Shown here piece after piece: positions 39,401 through 54,400 of a DNA stretch of 64,000 bases. Source of the DNA: Gnetum montanum (Eukaryota > Plantae > Gnetophyta); contig MNCI01001519.1 in NCBI GenBank assembly GCA_015680685.1, positions 635,318-699,317 of the forward strand, written 5' to 3'. The position numbers and the translations under genes are program-made. The notes under the pieces are model-generated. The model was not told the DNA's origin. It saw only the letters and a program-made list of their open reading frames with translations, and ran no database searches. The first letter of the stretch is position 1. Every line of letters starts with the position of its first letter.

Positions 39401-42400
39401 CTCCTGCACCCCTCAGTGAGCCCCTCGTTTGTGTCTCCTGCTTCTGCCACTCCATCGTCATCCGTTTTACCTGTGCTCATCCCACCATTCACCTGTTTCT
39501 CCACTCCCTCCCTCGCTTGTGTCTCCACTCCCTCACTCCGTGGTGTCATCCATGTCCTTAACTTCTTCTTCTGCTTTGCAGTATTGTTATATCAATTAAT
39601 TGATTCTTAGAATCAATTTCTATCATCAATATCTATCAATTATTTTCCAGATTTCTTGTTCCTTATTTAGCAGATTTCCTATTGTAATTCTTTTCTATAA
39701 ATTGTTATAATTGTTGATTCAAGATGAATGAGAGTAAGAGAATTATTTTTCCCATCTTTTCTTCTCTCCTTCCTGTTCATGGTATTAGAGCCAGTTCTTT
39801 CACTGACATGAGAACCTAGTCAACAAACCAAAATGGCAAGCACGGCACCTGAATTTTCACAATGGAATCCTCCTTGATTCCGACTATCTCAACTCCACCC
39901 TTATCCCCTTCCTCCTCTCAAATTGAAAATCATTCTCTTCAAATCACCATACACCGACTAAATAGAAATAATTTCTATGAATGGTATCAATCAATCTTGC
40001 TCATGATCAAAGGGAGGGGCAAAATGGGTTACCTGACAAGAGCAACTGCCATGCCTAAAGAAAGTTCTGCCATGTAAAGTAAATGGGAGATGGAAAACTC
40101 AACAGTGATGGCTTGGTTGATCAATTCAATGGAGCCCAAAATCGGAAAGTTGTATCTATTTTATCAAACAACCAAGGAGATCTAGGATACCACAAAAGAG
40201 ATGTATTCAGACCTTGAAAACATCTCACAAAGCTTTGAAGTCCAATCCACCATCTGCAATACTTGGCAAGGTAACTCATCAGTCACTGAATATTTCAATA
40301 CTCTCTCGGAACTATGGCAAGAAATTGATGTATTCCACAATGTGAATTGGAAATATCTTGATGATGCAATCATGTATAACAAAATGATGGAAAGAGAGTG
40401 GATTTTTGATTTTTTGCAGGGCCTTAACAAAGATCTTGATGAAGTTCGGGAACGAGTACTTGGTACTAAACCACTTCCCTCCTTGAAGGAAGTTTTTGCA
40501 AAAGTGAGGAGGAAAGAAAGTAGAAAGAAAGTGATGATGCACTCTCAAAATCCACCCACTAAAGCCATGTCCCATGGTTCGGCTCTAGTTGCAAACCGTG
40601 AAGGAGGCAATACTAGCCTTGTCTCTTCCTTATTGTCCTACAAGGGTTCCTTAAATGGTTGGATCGTAGGTATGAGAGCCTTTGACCACATGACTAGTTC
40701 ATGAGAAGCATTTTGTACGTATGAAGACTATGTGGATAAAATTAGAATCACAGTGATTGATGGTTCGTCGAGCTCAGCTATAGGCCGTGGAGATGTAAAA
40801 CTACCTGGGTTCATTTTAAAATCCATGCTTTATGTTCCGAATTTAAAATGCAATTTGCTCTTAGTTAGCAAGCTAACCAAAGACTTGAATTGTGTTGTGA
40901 CCTTTTTTCCTTCTCATTGTGAGTTTCAAGATCTGTCATCAGGGAGGATGATTGGCAATGCTAAGGAGCGACAAGGCCTCTATTATCTCGTTGGTGCTGG
41001 TTCTCCATCAAAGTTTGAATTCCCTACAACCTCAGTTATCTCTTCTAAGTCTATTCCTGAGTATGAGGTAATGCTTTGGCACAAAAGACTAGGACACCCA
41101 AATTTTTCATATTTGAAACATGTGTGTCCCCGTATGTTTACTAATAAAGATCCTTCATCTTTCAAGTGTGATAATTGTATTCGTGCAAAACAAATTCGAA
41201 CATCTCACCCTCATCCTTATAAACCTTCTATTCCATTTCATCTTGTTCACAGTGATGTGTGGGATCCTTCATGAGTACCAAATTTAATTGGGGGACATTG
41301 GTTTGTAACTTTCATAGACAATCACACTCGTGTATGTTGGGTGTACCTAATGAGAGATAAATCCGAAGTTAGCTCACTTTTCAAAGAATTCCATAAGCTC
41401 ATTACAAATGTTTTTCAACTGTCAATTCATATTCTTTGTTCAAATAATGGTAAAGAATATTTTTCTCAAGAGCTTAAAGCATATTTAAGAGAGCATGGAA
41501 TCTTTCACCAAAGTTCTTGTGCCTATACACCCCAACAAAATGGGGTTGCAGAACAAAAAAACAAACATCTTTTGGAGGTAGCTCAATCAATTATGTTTAC
41601 TAGCTATGTTCCTCAATCCTTCTGGGAGACGTTGTTCTCACCTCTACATATCTCATTAATTGAGTCCCATCTAAAACTCTTCAATACCAAACTCCACTAA
41701 GTCTTCTCTTATCAGCCTTTCCTTCTACACAAATTCTCAACACTCTTCCACCTTGTGTCTTTGCATGTGTCATATATGTACATAATGCTCAATCAAATCA
41801 TGGGAAACTTGATCCAAAAGCCCTCAAGTGTGTATTCTTAGGGTATTCTCCTACACAGAAAGGGTATAAATGCTACTACCCTCCTTTAAAATGTGTTTTT
41901 GTATAATGTGATGTCACATTTCTCAAACTCCAACTCTTTTATCCCAATGTTACTCTTCAAGGGGAGAATCAACCTATAGAAGAGCAACACTAGGATTCAA
42001 TCATATCCCTACCAATTGCTATGCCCAAGTTCTCATCAGAAAATCATGTCACACCTCATGTCGAATCAGTCCAAGAGTCATTCAAATCTAGGGGGAGAAT
42101 CACACCCAAACCAATTCTGAGATACTCTAGACAGCCACAAGATCCTCAACAAAACCAAGAGCCCAAACTAGAGATAGACCCAAGTGATGGAGATATACAG
42201 GAGTAGCTTGAGGTGGTGAATGATAATGAAAAGATTGATGACTTGGATCTTCTGATTGCAGTTCGAAAAGGGGTGAGGTCATGTGTAAAATATCCCATTT
42301 CTAATTATCTGACATACTCCAAGTTATCATGTAATTACAGGGCCTTTCTTTCAAAGGTTGATGAAACACAAGTTCCAAGGGATATCTTTGAGGCTTTGGA

Positions 42401-45400
42401 AAATTCCAAATGGAAGGAAGCTATGATGGAGGAAATGAAGGCTTTGGAAGATAATGAAACATGGGAAATAGTCCACCTACCTGAAGGGAAGAAACTTGAG
42501 GGGAGCAAATGGGTGTTTATTGTCAAGTATGGTCCTGATGGCAGCATTGAAAAATACAAGGCCAAACTTGTGGCACAAGGGTTCACCCAGACATATGGGA
42601 TACACTATGCAGAAACATTTTCTCTTGTGGTGAAACTCAATTCTATTAGGGTTTTTGTTGTTTTTAGTTGCAAATCTAGATTGGGGGCTACATCAACTCG
42701 ACATAAAAAATGCCTTCTTACATGGTACATTGGAAGAAGAAGTTTACATGAGGATACCACTTGGTTTTGAATCTCAAGAAGGTATGGGTAAAGTATGTAG
42801 ATTAAAAAAGTCACTCTACAGACTCAAACAATCTCCCCGAGCCTAGTTTACCTGATTTAGTGATGTGATGAAGCAACTTGAATATGAGCAAGGATAAGCC
42901 AATCATACTTTATTTGTTAAAAAAGGAAGCACGGTAAAAGATTAATCCTTATTGTTTATGTCGATGATATAGTGATTATAGGAGATGATGATCATGAGAT
43001 TGAAGATCTCAAAAGGAAGCTCCAAGTAGAGTTCAAAGTCAAAGATCTTGGTCCATTGAAGTATTTTTTGGGAATGGAAATTGCTAGAAGCAAGAAAGGG
43101 ATTTTCATCTCTCAAAGGAAATATATCATAAATTTACTCAAAGAGACTGACAAGATGGGGTGTAGACCAACAAGGACTTCATTGGAACGAAACTGGAAAC
43201 AAAAGACTCCTAAAGAAGATCCTCCTGTAAATCGAGAAAGCTATCAACGTTTGGTTGGTAAACTCATCTATTTGTCTCTCACTAGGCTAGATATTGCTTT
43301 CAGCGTAAGTATTGTTAGCTAGTTCATGCATGCTCCTACAAAGAGGCACCAAGATGCTGTAAATCAGATTCTAAGGTATCTAAAGGGATGCCCAAGGAAG
43401 GTACTATTGTTCAAAAAGTGCAGTGAAAGGGACATTGTTGGTTTTGTTGATGCAAATTGGGCCAGAGCTATTGAAGATAGCAAGTCTACTACGGGGTATT
43501 GTACTAAGGTCTAGGGAAACTTAGTAATGTGGAGAAGCAAAAAACAATCTGTTGTAGCACGTAGTAGTGCAAAAGCTGAATATAGAGTTATAGCACAAGG
43601 AATATGTGAACGCATTTGGCTACAAAGGTTGATGGAAGATCTCAAGATACCTCAAAGTGATCTGATGAACTTGTTTAGCGATAGTAAGTTTGCCATCGGT
43701 ATCATCCAAAATCCAATATAGCATGATCATATGAAGCATGTAAAAATTGATAGGAATTTCATAAAAAATGAAGTTGACAATGGAACAATTACTCTATCCT
43801 ACATTTCTACCAAGATGTAAGAAGCTAATATTCTTACGAAGGCCTTATGTAGATCAAGCTTTGATTCTTTTGTTAGCAAGCTAGAAATGATAGATATCTA
43901 TTCACCAGCTTGAGGGGGAGTGTTAGAAAGTCAGAATAAAACTAGATCAACTTATCAAAATTAGTTAATTCTCTAAATCAATTAGGGCCTAATTTTGTGG
44001 ATCAACTTACCAAAATTAGTTGATTTTCAAAATCAATTTTTGTCATCAATATCTGTCAATTATTTTCCAGATTTCTTGTTCCTTATTTAGCAAATTTCCT
44101 ATTATAATTCTTTTCTATAAATTGGTGTAATTGTTGATTCAAGATGAATGAGAGTGAGAGAAATATTTTTCCAATTTTTCCTTCTCTCCTTCCTGTTCAT
44201 AATATATTTTTTATGAATTGATTAATTTAATAGATCCTTTTGGCTTGAAATAGAGGCATAAAATCTCAATTCCAATTTCCAGCGTTTGAAGTTATCCTTT
44301 AGAATAGTTTGACTTCATGACAATAATATGTATTTCAACTATAGAACTTAATGTGGCGTTTATTTTTAAATCTAACTGCAATATATAGTTAAGTCAAAAA
44401 GTAACTAAGAAGAATATTTTGGGGTTTCAATCAAATACAGTGGAGTCGGCAGGAAAACCATGAGGTTTGTGGTTACTAGATACAGAAGAATGGCAATAGA
44501 TAATAGCATTAAAGAACGTAATAGCATTGTTGTGAAAATTTTGAAAAGAAAGCATATCATTCTTTTTAATTTAAATCTGTGTTTAATCATCTTTACCATC
44601 AAAAAAGGAATTGATATGCAATATAAATCTTGCTAGTTCACAGGTCCACTCTTAATTGGAGGGGTTCTTAATAAATACTAAAACTGTTTCCAAGGTAAGC
44701 AGAACTACCATACCAAAATTGTGGAATACCTAGGTATTTAACAAATGATTATGGTAGCATAATGTAGTGCCCCCACGTTTTACATTAACCTTAACATTTT
44801 GCATAATGTGCATTGTGCACAATATTAAGATGTGGTTTATAATTATAAGTTTGATGTAAATGTTAAAAAATAAAATAAACTAAACTTGGCCATATCATCA
44901 CAATACTTTTTAGTAACCATTTTTCCTAATTATTCTTATTATTTAATTTTCTTCCACAATAGTTGACTTATTAAATAAAGAATTATCAAGCCTATTAATG
45001 TTTTGAATTCTAAAAATACTAATACTCAACATAAATAGCAAATGTTAGAATGTAAACCGTTTCATAAGTTTTTCACAAGTATTGTATAAAAACTTGCTCC
45101 AATTAAAGGCTGCCTCAATCAAGAAAATAAACTGAAGAAACAAGAAATAAGGACTATTCATCTTTATTTAGTATCACAGTATACTAATTTAAATGACAAA
45201 ACACTTTACGTCTGGTATTAAGATAGTTAACTCTGGAGTTGATCATACATTTTCAAATAGGTTCCTACAATATAAGCCAAAGTGCATGATAAAGTTCATT
45301 TATAAAGATAAAAACAAAGGAATAAAAATATTACCATAATAAAGACGGCCGCCATCACAGCCTTGCTGGTTACTATAAATATATACTCCACCACATTTAA

Positions 45401-48400
45401 AAGTAGCATTTCGGATAACTTCAAGACGTGTGTTAAGCTTTCGCAGCTGGTGATGACTCCCACTTCCATTTGTAAATACCTCAACTCCACTCAATGAAAG
45501 ATTAATATGAGGTGCATCTGGTGTAAAAAGCTCTTCACAAGTTTCAGCAGCAACATTTCTGTCATTGAGAACCCCAAGTTCATATCCAATGCATAATTGA
45601 AAATTCATTTGCATATTCCAAAAAGGATAACAAAGCAATTTACAATACACTCTAACCATGAACAAGATCTGAAAATAGATACTATGATGGAGCGTCAAGG
45701 AGAATTATAGGCACTAGATCTTTTTAGAGGATCCCCCATTTTTACAATGACAATGACAATCCCTTCAAAAATAAGCTAGAAACAACACATCAGGACTACA
45801 CTATGAAAAGAAGAGATTGCATAATGAGCACGGAAAATCCTTATCATTTAGTATTTTCCTTATTCTTGCAACCTCTCGCCATATTAGAACAAGACATGAA
45901 ACCAAGCTTATAATATAACATCCTCAGAATCAGACAAAAACATGTCATTTTTTATTTTTTTTGAAAAATTCAGGATGTATTAATCTGAATGCAAATTTAC
46001 AGAAGATTACAAAAATGAGACATTTTCCCCAAAAATTGAGGGGAGGCCTCTCCCCTCAACCCCTGAGCATACCATACCCCCAACGACTCAAACCGTAACA
46101 GAATATAACAAACATATCCAAAACAGGGGGTCCACATTGCCCCCTCAGTCCTCACCAAAAATAAAATCAGGCAGCCTTTCACCCTCCTGGTTCTTCAGGC
46201 CCCTGTCAGCGCTATTAGATGCTGAGATAGACAAAAGTACAAAAAACACAAAGGCAAAGGGCATTGCCCTGTGGACCCCTACAGTCCCAACCTGCTTATA
46301 AATGATAGAAAAGCCTAGTGCAGGGGAAGATGTTCCATTCCTAGCCATGGATTGCATCCAAAACAGCCCTGTGTTGTTTTGTATCCACGAACGCCGCAGC
46401 CTGTTAGAAGTTCTTGAATGCTTTCGCCCTCCTTGCATACTCCGTTGCCTCCCCTTTTGCATCAAGGTGCAGCTCCTTCCCCTACTGCCAGATATGCCTT
46501 CACAACACCATCCACGGTGTTGCAGCCGATGCCCATGATAACATAGGGGCATCACCCCTGATGCAGCCAAGCCCTTGCCCCATCCACATGTCTAATCCAA
46601 CTATTGCTGGATCTAGGCTGCCTCATATTCCTCCTAAGCCTGTCACACCTTAGCCTCCCACTCTTGGGCCTCTTGGAGTTGTGCCTCCTCCATCAGCTCC
46701 TCCCTGATGCGTTGCCGAAGGTTCGCCTCCAACGCTTGTAGCACTGCCGCCTCCGCCAGATCCCAGCAGATCCTCTCCTCCTTGGTAGCCTCAACTTGCC
46801 ACTATTCCAATTGCTCTAGTTCCCACTAGAACTCCTCCTCCCTACAGTGCCACTTTGCCTACCATAGCACCCGTTTCTCTTCCCTCACCTATGCCACAAC
46901 CTTAGAAACCAAAATCACTAGAGGCAGGACCCAACCCCCACCCCCCAACTCAACCCCCAATACCCCTTCCGACTACCCTCCCCCTCCTGCTCGCATGAAT
47001 CCTTCAACCCTGAGGATAGGCCCTCCACAAAGCAAGAATCAACCCCGAATGAGTACCTCGCCTCCACCTATGCAACACGACGAGGAAGAACTGGGGTAGA
47101 TTCACGATACACCCCCTATGCAAGCAACACATGAGGGTGAAATGTACCCCAAACAACTTCCAAGCATTCCTTGAATGCACAAAAAACCAATCCTCCATGA
47201 CCACCACATCTTGTCACAGTGGCTTGAGTGCTAACTTCGGTACTTGGCCACTCCTCGTTTTTGGGATAGGCCCTGGAAAAAAATCCTACGCATCCTGCAA
47301 CCCCCTTCTCTTATGGAGACTTCCTCCCCCAAGGCCAGCACTCGAAGATACCACACAATGGCCTCCTTCGTGAGGTTGATGTGCACCCCCTGGAACACAA
47401 TATGATCTCCCACCCAATTGGTGTAGAATGCACCATCTTCCAAGCTAGGGTCTTTCCGCAGCAAGGGTAGCACCTCCACCCACCCCACCCTTGTTACTAG
47501 GCACCACACCACTGGATTCTCCTAATACTCGTCACATGGCAATTCAAAAGTGAGCGTGACCCCCATGGCCAATTGAGCCTCCCTCCATAGCCAAATCCCC
47601 ACAACAGCAATCTGTGTAGGCGGCGGCAACAACACTCCCCGAAAAACTAGAAAATTACATGCTCGCCACAAAGCCCACAAAATTGCCAATGCCCGAGAAT
47701 CCCCATCAAGGCAAGTCACCATAGGTAAATTGGCTGCCCACCATACCTATCGAAAAAAGGGCAATCTTGAGCAAAGTGCACCACTATCTCCACCCTCGCC
47801 ATTCAGAGTGGACACGTGGCAGCCACATCAACCCTGCACCACTATAACTCACTTTGCATAGGTAAGGCAGAATGATGAGTCAACCACACAAACACCTTAA
47901 TTTTCTCAGGCAGCCACCCCCTCCACACTTGCCACCACCCCCGTATCACAAGGTATTTATTTCATATTAGGTGAGTTAGTGGCACATTTAAAAGGCCCTC
48001 AAGCTCAATCACCCACACGTGCGAGCATAAAGCCCACCAAATTTTTGAAACATGCCCAACATCCTCCCAAGGTTGATATTTCCATCGCATGAGGGCAACC
48101 CATTGGACAAGGGGAGACTCATGATGTAACAGGTGATTTAGGAGCACCTGATGTCCCATAGTAAGCATATCTTGGAACTACAATATTCCAAGCCCCCCAA
48201 CATTCTTCAATTGGGCAATTGTATCCCAACCAACTAGGTGCATCCACCAACCCCCTTTACCCCCACACCATGTAAAGTCCCAGATGAGCCAGTCAACCTA
48301 CTCAATAATATCTACTGGAGGAAAGGCCACTGAAATGGTGTAATACGCAATTGTAGACAACACCAATTTAGACCAAAGCAACCTCCCAGTCTAAGATAAA

Positions 48401-51400
48401 AATCGAGTCATCCAGTGCCCCACCTGCTCTTGAATACATCAAATCAAACCTCCCCACACTTTTCTTCTATGCCAATCTTACAAGGGCAGCCCAAGGCAAG
48501 ATCCCCAACGTCTAAATAATCTAACCCCAAACACCAACATCTATGTTCAACAAGTGAACCGTAAACTTACCCCGATTGATTTCCAATCCTAGCTCCTCTT
48601 CCATTCGTTGAAGAGCCTTGTTGATTGCATGTACCTGAGACACAGCCGCCTAAGAAAACAAAATGGTGTCATCCGCATCATGTTCCACAAGACAATGCAC
48701 ACCCCCAATATCAAGACCTCTAACCCCCTCAACTATACAGTAAGCCTACATGGCATCCATCACCAGGATGAAGAGATACGATGAAAGAGGATCCCCTTGA
48801 CATAACCCCCTTCTGATGGAAGCAAACCCCCACAACCTCCCCTCCAAGTCTAGAGAGAAGGCCCCAGACACTTGAATATGGAGGCAAAGATCCACAAAAT
48901 GGGAGTGAAACCCCTTACGCAACATAACTTCCTAAAGGGCGTGCCAAGAAACAATGTCATAAGCCTTTGTAATATCCAGTTTCAAGTACATACCAGGATA
49001 CCTAGTCACCTGCAATCAATGGAGCACCTCCTGCACTAGAATAATCTGGTCCTAAATGTGCCTCCCCTTAATGAAACTTGTTTGTTGTTCCCCCACCAGT
49101 CATGGCATCAAGGGCCCCATGCAAGCCACCAACATTTTAGTGAATAGGTGAAGGAGGGTGTTGCACACCTCAATTAGGTGAAAATCCACTAGAGTTGAAG
49201 GATTAGTCATTTTTGTGATGAGGACCAACCGAGAACAATTGAGTTTTTGCTAAACCTCCCCACAAAACAGCATAGTGTTAAAGGCATCCAACAAGTTATC
49301 CCCCAAGACATCAATGAAGGCCTAAAAAATTCCATAGGCCACCCATCGAGATCAGGCACCTGCCCCCCTTTCATCAAAGCAAGAGCTACCCCAAGCTCCC
49401 CCCTCATGAAGGGCACCATCAACCACCTATTTTCAACCTCATTCAGAATTTAGCCAATATTAATAGTGAGAGGCAAGGTGAGCTTTTACTGCCAAATTCC
49501 CAACCAATAATCTATCAGTGCCTAAGCAACCTCTTCCCTCCCTTCCACCTTATTGCCAGCCACTGTGATGCAATGAATCTCCTTGGAGCTCCATGGAGAT
49601 CTGGTAGCTGCAAAAAAGAAGTTAGTATTCCAGTCCCCCTCTTGAAGCCAAGACACCCTACTCCACTACTGCCAATAGGTTTCCTCCTCCCTATCTAGAT
49701 TCTTGAGCACCACCAACACCTCCCCCTCAACGTCCTCTAGATCTTGACTTCATTCCTGCCTCTCCTGAATCACCACTAATCATCTCAAAAGCTCCCCTCG
49801 GCACGACCTAAATGAATACTTGTCCTCATACTATAGTTGCCTAATATTTTGTTTGAGCATGGTCAGTCCCTACTTCAAGAAATCTCAAGGGTCAGAAGCT
49901 GAAGGATAATCTTTCCAAATATCTTCCACTAACGACTTCAACCATAGTTTGGTCAACCAAATTGGCTCGAATCTAAAATGGGTCGGTCCCCCCTTCTCCG
50001 AGGACCCAACCTAGCATAACAATGGCCAATGGTCAAAAGGCACACACTCCTATGCCATAACAACCACCCCCCGATCTAGAAGTAAACTTGGCCCCACCCA
50101 AACTCTATCAATCTTGGTCAACACCTGGTCTTTGCCCTTCCTGCAATTGCTCCACCTGAACTAGCATCCCCTAACCTCCATATCCACCAACCCATCAGTT
50201 TCAAGAAAACGTAAGACAAACTGAGCCCTAGGGAGATCTTGCATACCGCCATCAAACTTCTCCCAAGTGTATAGCCTCTAGTTGAAATCCCCGACCAAGA
50301 TCCACTTTCGTCTATCAGAGATCAAGGGAGCAATCCTCTGCAGCTCCCAAAGTCACTCCTCCCACTGTTGAGGCACAGAGAAATTCGTGACCCAGATTCC
50401 CATATAGTGCAGGTAGATAGAGATGCTCCAGTCAGAAGCATCCACCATATCGAAAGGCCAATGAGACAGAGATGCCAATCCCCCAACTCTCCATCGACAA
50501 CCCACACAGTAAGTGTGCCAACCCGACCAACACAACCAATGACCTTTGCGATGTTGCAACTTCGTCTCTTATAAACAAACAATATCATAGCGTTCTCGGT
50601 GAACTATTTCTTTGAGCGTATTGCATTTGAAGGGGGGTACCCTAACCCCTGCAGTTCCATGAGAGGATTCTCATGGTCTACCTAAAGAACATTCTTTGTA
50701 GACCTCTTGGATGGTCCTTTGGACCCCTAGGTCAACCTCCTTTTGTGTCTTCTTTAACCAAGACACTAGGCTCGACGATCTTCTAACCTTGGCTAAATCA
50801 AGGGAGACCAAAAAGCCCCCTTCTGATATTGTGCTAACCCTCACAATTTCTGAAATGGACAACATGGGACTCCCTTGAAGAATGAACACCCTGTTCCCTA
50901 GAGGAGGAAGCGCCTCCCCCCCCCCCCCCCCCCCCAGCAACCAACGACCCCTAGGGCAACAAAGAACCCACAAAACCAGGCAACCCAAGATTTGCCACCT
51001 CCTATTCCCCTATCCCAAAACCTCTCCCAACTTGCATAGCTAGCAGAGTTGGCCCCACCTGCTCCTCCATTCTAGCAATTGACTCCCCTAATCCCCCAAG
51101 CACACAACCCTTGTCCTTGTCCTAGGCAGTACCCCCCTTCGGAGAAGCCACCTTAGGGCCCATTTCCCGAGGAACTACCACCACACCCTTCCCAAGCGGC
51201 CGCAAGGATGTCCCTTGTACAGGATTCTAAGGTTGTCCCCCCTTGCAGGAAAGCATCATCCAACCATCCCCTAAGCACTTTTGTCCCCTAGAATCTAAGG
51301 TCACCCACCAATCCGTAGTCATGTGACCTCCCTTTCCGCAAACCCCACAAGGTCCCTGCGCAGTTCTTGGGCCCGTTGGCACATCAACCACGACATTCTT

Positions 51401-54400
51401 ATACTCCACTTGAACCCCCTCCTCTCGTATTGAGAGGTCCAACACAACCTCCTTAACCAAGTCCTTAAGTGCAAGGGATCACCAAACACAAAAACACGCC
51501 TAACCCATCCTCTCCAGGGCCACCGTGGGTTTGTCAAATGAGATAAATTCCCCAAAGAATCCTGCAAATGACCTCAGGAAGGTTGGAGTCCACATTTCCC
51601 AAGGTATCCCCGATACCCAAATCTAGACCAAGGCTTGAGAGCATATATCGAGGTTGTAGTGAGCCCCAAGCTGCCACTACATCAATGCCAACCCCTATCC
51701 CCCCCCCCAACAAAACCCTATCCCTATCAGTGGTTGTCTGAAAAATGAATAACAACAAGTTCCCAAGGAGGCTACACACCACCACCAGGTAGAAAGACCA
51801 CTGTGCCGCCGCCCACTTGCAAACCACTTCCAACTTAGGGTAGGTGCCTACCGAGACGAACTTCCCAATGAGATTGCACTCCAGAGTCCTAAGCCCCTCA
51901 CTGGGCACAACCGCAATCCTCAATCTCATTGAGCCCTCTGCCCGAACACATCCCTCAATACCCTCGACCTCAGGCCCCGATAGAAGATGTGCCTCTAGCA
52001 CCCCCCACCACCGACCTTGACGCTACACCAACACCTCCTATTCCCCTTGGAACAGTAGACCCCTCCAACCCCAGCATACTGCCTATCATATCACCACCCC
52101 CAACACCCCCCCCCCCCCCCTGAAAGCCCCCACCAGTGCCCCTCTAACCACCCAAGTGCACATTATCCTCGCTCTGCGCACCAACCCCTCCCTATGCACC
52201 TGCCTCACCCTCGCTATCACTCTCGTCCCCACTCATCTTGTCCGTGAGGCAAGAGAGTAATTAACATGTTACTTTTTTAAAAAAAATTAAACAATAATCC
52301 TCAAATCTCATCCAATAAGCATTACATACAAAGTACCCAAAATCAAGAATATAGTCTTAATATTAAAATATGTTGTTAATCCAATATTCAAACTAAATAT
52401 GATATCTCTGAGAAATCTGAATCTAAAGGGCCCTAGATCTACTATCTATGCTAAACAGAAATTAAAGAACTTTGTTAGAACAAAAAACACACTTACAATA
52501 TGTTAATCCAGAATCTATATGTTTATGAATATGTGCTGCTACAATTATATAGACTTGGATCCTTCCAAGAATGGATTTGAAGAGATAAGCATGAGTCTCT
52601 AAAATCATGGGAATGATCCTTATCATCTTATTTATGGATAAGATAATCATGGGTATGGATAAGCATGAATATGGATAAGCATGGACAACTAGGATCTCAT
52701 CTTATTTAGAATAAATAAAAGGATGAGATCAATCTCCTAATAATGTGGAACGTCTACACATCATCTTCCACAATCTCAATACTCAAGGATACCAAGAGCA
52801 AATGGTAGCTTCCTCTAGAGTAGTAAGAAGTTCAGTAGGGTCTACATATCATCAACAATGGGGAGGATCTAAACACTGCAGCCCCATAGACACTCATGGG
52901 GGCTCATGGTCTATCTCAATTGGGCAAGGAAGGAGCTCAAACCCTAGATCTTTTGTGGATCAAGATCCACCAAAGCAAGGGAGCACACACAAGCACAACC
53001 CAAATCAAAAGAAAGTAACAACAACAAGGTTTAAGATCAGTGGTTTGTAGATAGCAAACATGTTGTGTTGGTCCATTGCTGATATTGTTTCAAGGATAAC
53101 AAATGTGGATAAGAAGTTGGCAAAGGAGATTTCAAAGAAAAAAGCTATTATGAAGGTATAATCAAACTTTGCAATCACATAAAAAAAATGAGAAGACCTT
53201 GAATAGATTACACAACACCAAGCCCGCAAGTCATCGTTCACCCTTATTGGATTGTTTTCTAGTCACATGCCCTCATCGAAGAAGACCTCCCAATTAGCAC
53301 ACAATAAACAGCCAATATTTGCTCTTAAGATCACAATCATGAAAGACAATAGCATCATGTTCTCCATGCATTAGGTCCTCTCTCAAGGGTGTGGCCATTC
53401 AAAGAACTATTTTTCCTACAAAAATGGACCTCAAGGACCTCTCTCAATCAACAAGGAAGGCAAGACTATGTGAGATCCTTTCTAGTCTAGGTATGCCTAC
53501 CCAGTTTCCCAATGGAGCTCCAAGGCAAGGAGGTTTTCCTCTTGATCAACTAACCATTTGGAGAAAAAATTGCAATGGACAATGCAACTGCATCAAAATC
53601 TTAGTAGATCAATGCCTACATTTATGCTTAGATGCCCCTAGATGTCAAGCTCAGACAAAAGATCAAGCTCTATGGAGCACACAACAACATTAGGCAAGAG
53701 GTTGTCTTTGAGAACTTACTTGGCAAATGAGATCTTAAGCACTACAAAGAAGAGGCCAACACACCCTGCCTATGGCCTAGGAGCAAACAAATGAGACCTA
53801 GAAGCCAAAGGACTCAGCTCAAGCCCAAAATAGCACCCTAATGTCCAACATGGGGGTATCAACAAATGGCACACAAGCCACCCTTGACAACCCAAGCGAG
53901 GTCTCAATAGCAACTCACAAGTTCCATTCCCTCGTATGATCCTTGGTTCATGGAATTTGAAAGGGCTGATCTTTGTGATGCAAGAGTTAGGCTTCTCCTC
54001 ATGGTGGACTCACCACATCAGTTACATTCTCCACACCACCAGTTATGTTATGCAAATTGAGAATAGACAATCCAATTGGTTTCAACTATTCCAAGGCCAC
54101 AAATAGGGCCAACCTCTCTCCCTGTACCTCTTCAGCGTCCCCTCAAAATGCCTTGATTGTTGTTTGGCCAAGGTTGGATTACTCAACCCCCTTCTATGGG
54201 AGGACCACATTCAAAAATGTGAAAATGTTACCATTATCTTAATCAAGGCTAGTGTCCTTGAAAGCATCAAATTAATGGAAGGCATCATCTTGTTTTCCCA
54301 AATCTATGGTTTGAAGGTCAACTAGTCTAAATCAATGATCTATGGTGAGGTGGTCTACCATTCAACTTGTCTACAACAAAGTGCAACTTTGCTTGGAGGG

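Larger units (their letters stand above)
33377..44199 (+). mobile_element. Complete but decayed Ty1/copia LTR retrotransposon
   Basis: TSD TAATA (33372-33376, 44200-44204). 5' LTR split 33377-33429 and 39609-39779; PBS TGGTATTAGAGCC 39780-39792 (tRNA-iMet type); PPT TGAGGGGGAG 43911-43920; 3' LTR 43921-44199. Confidence 0.96.
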
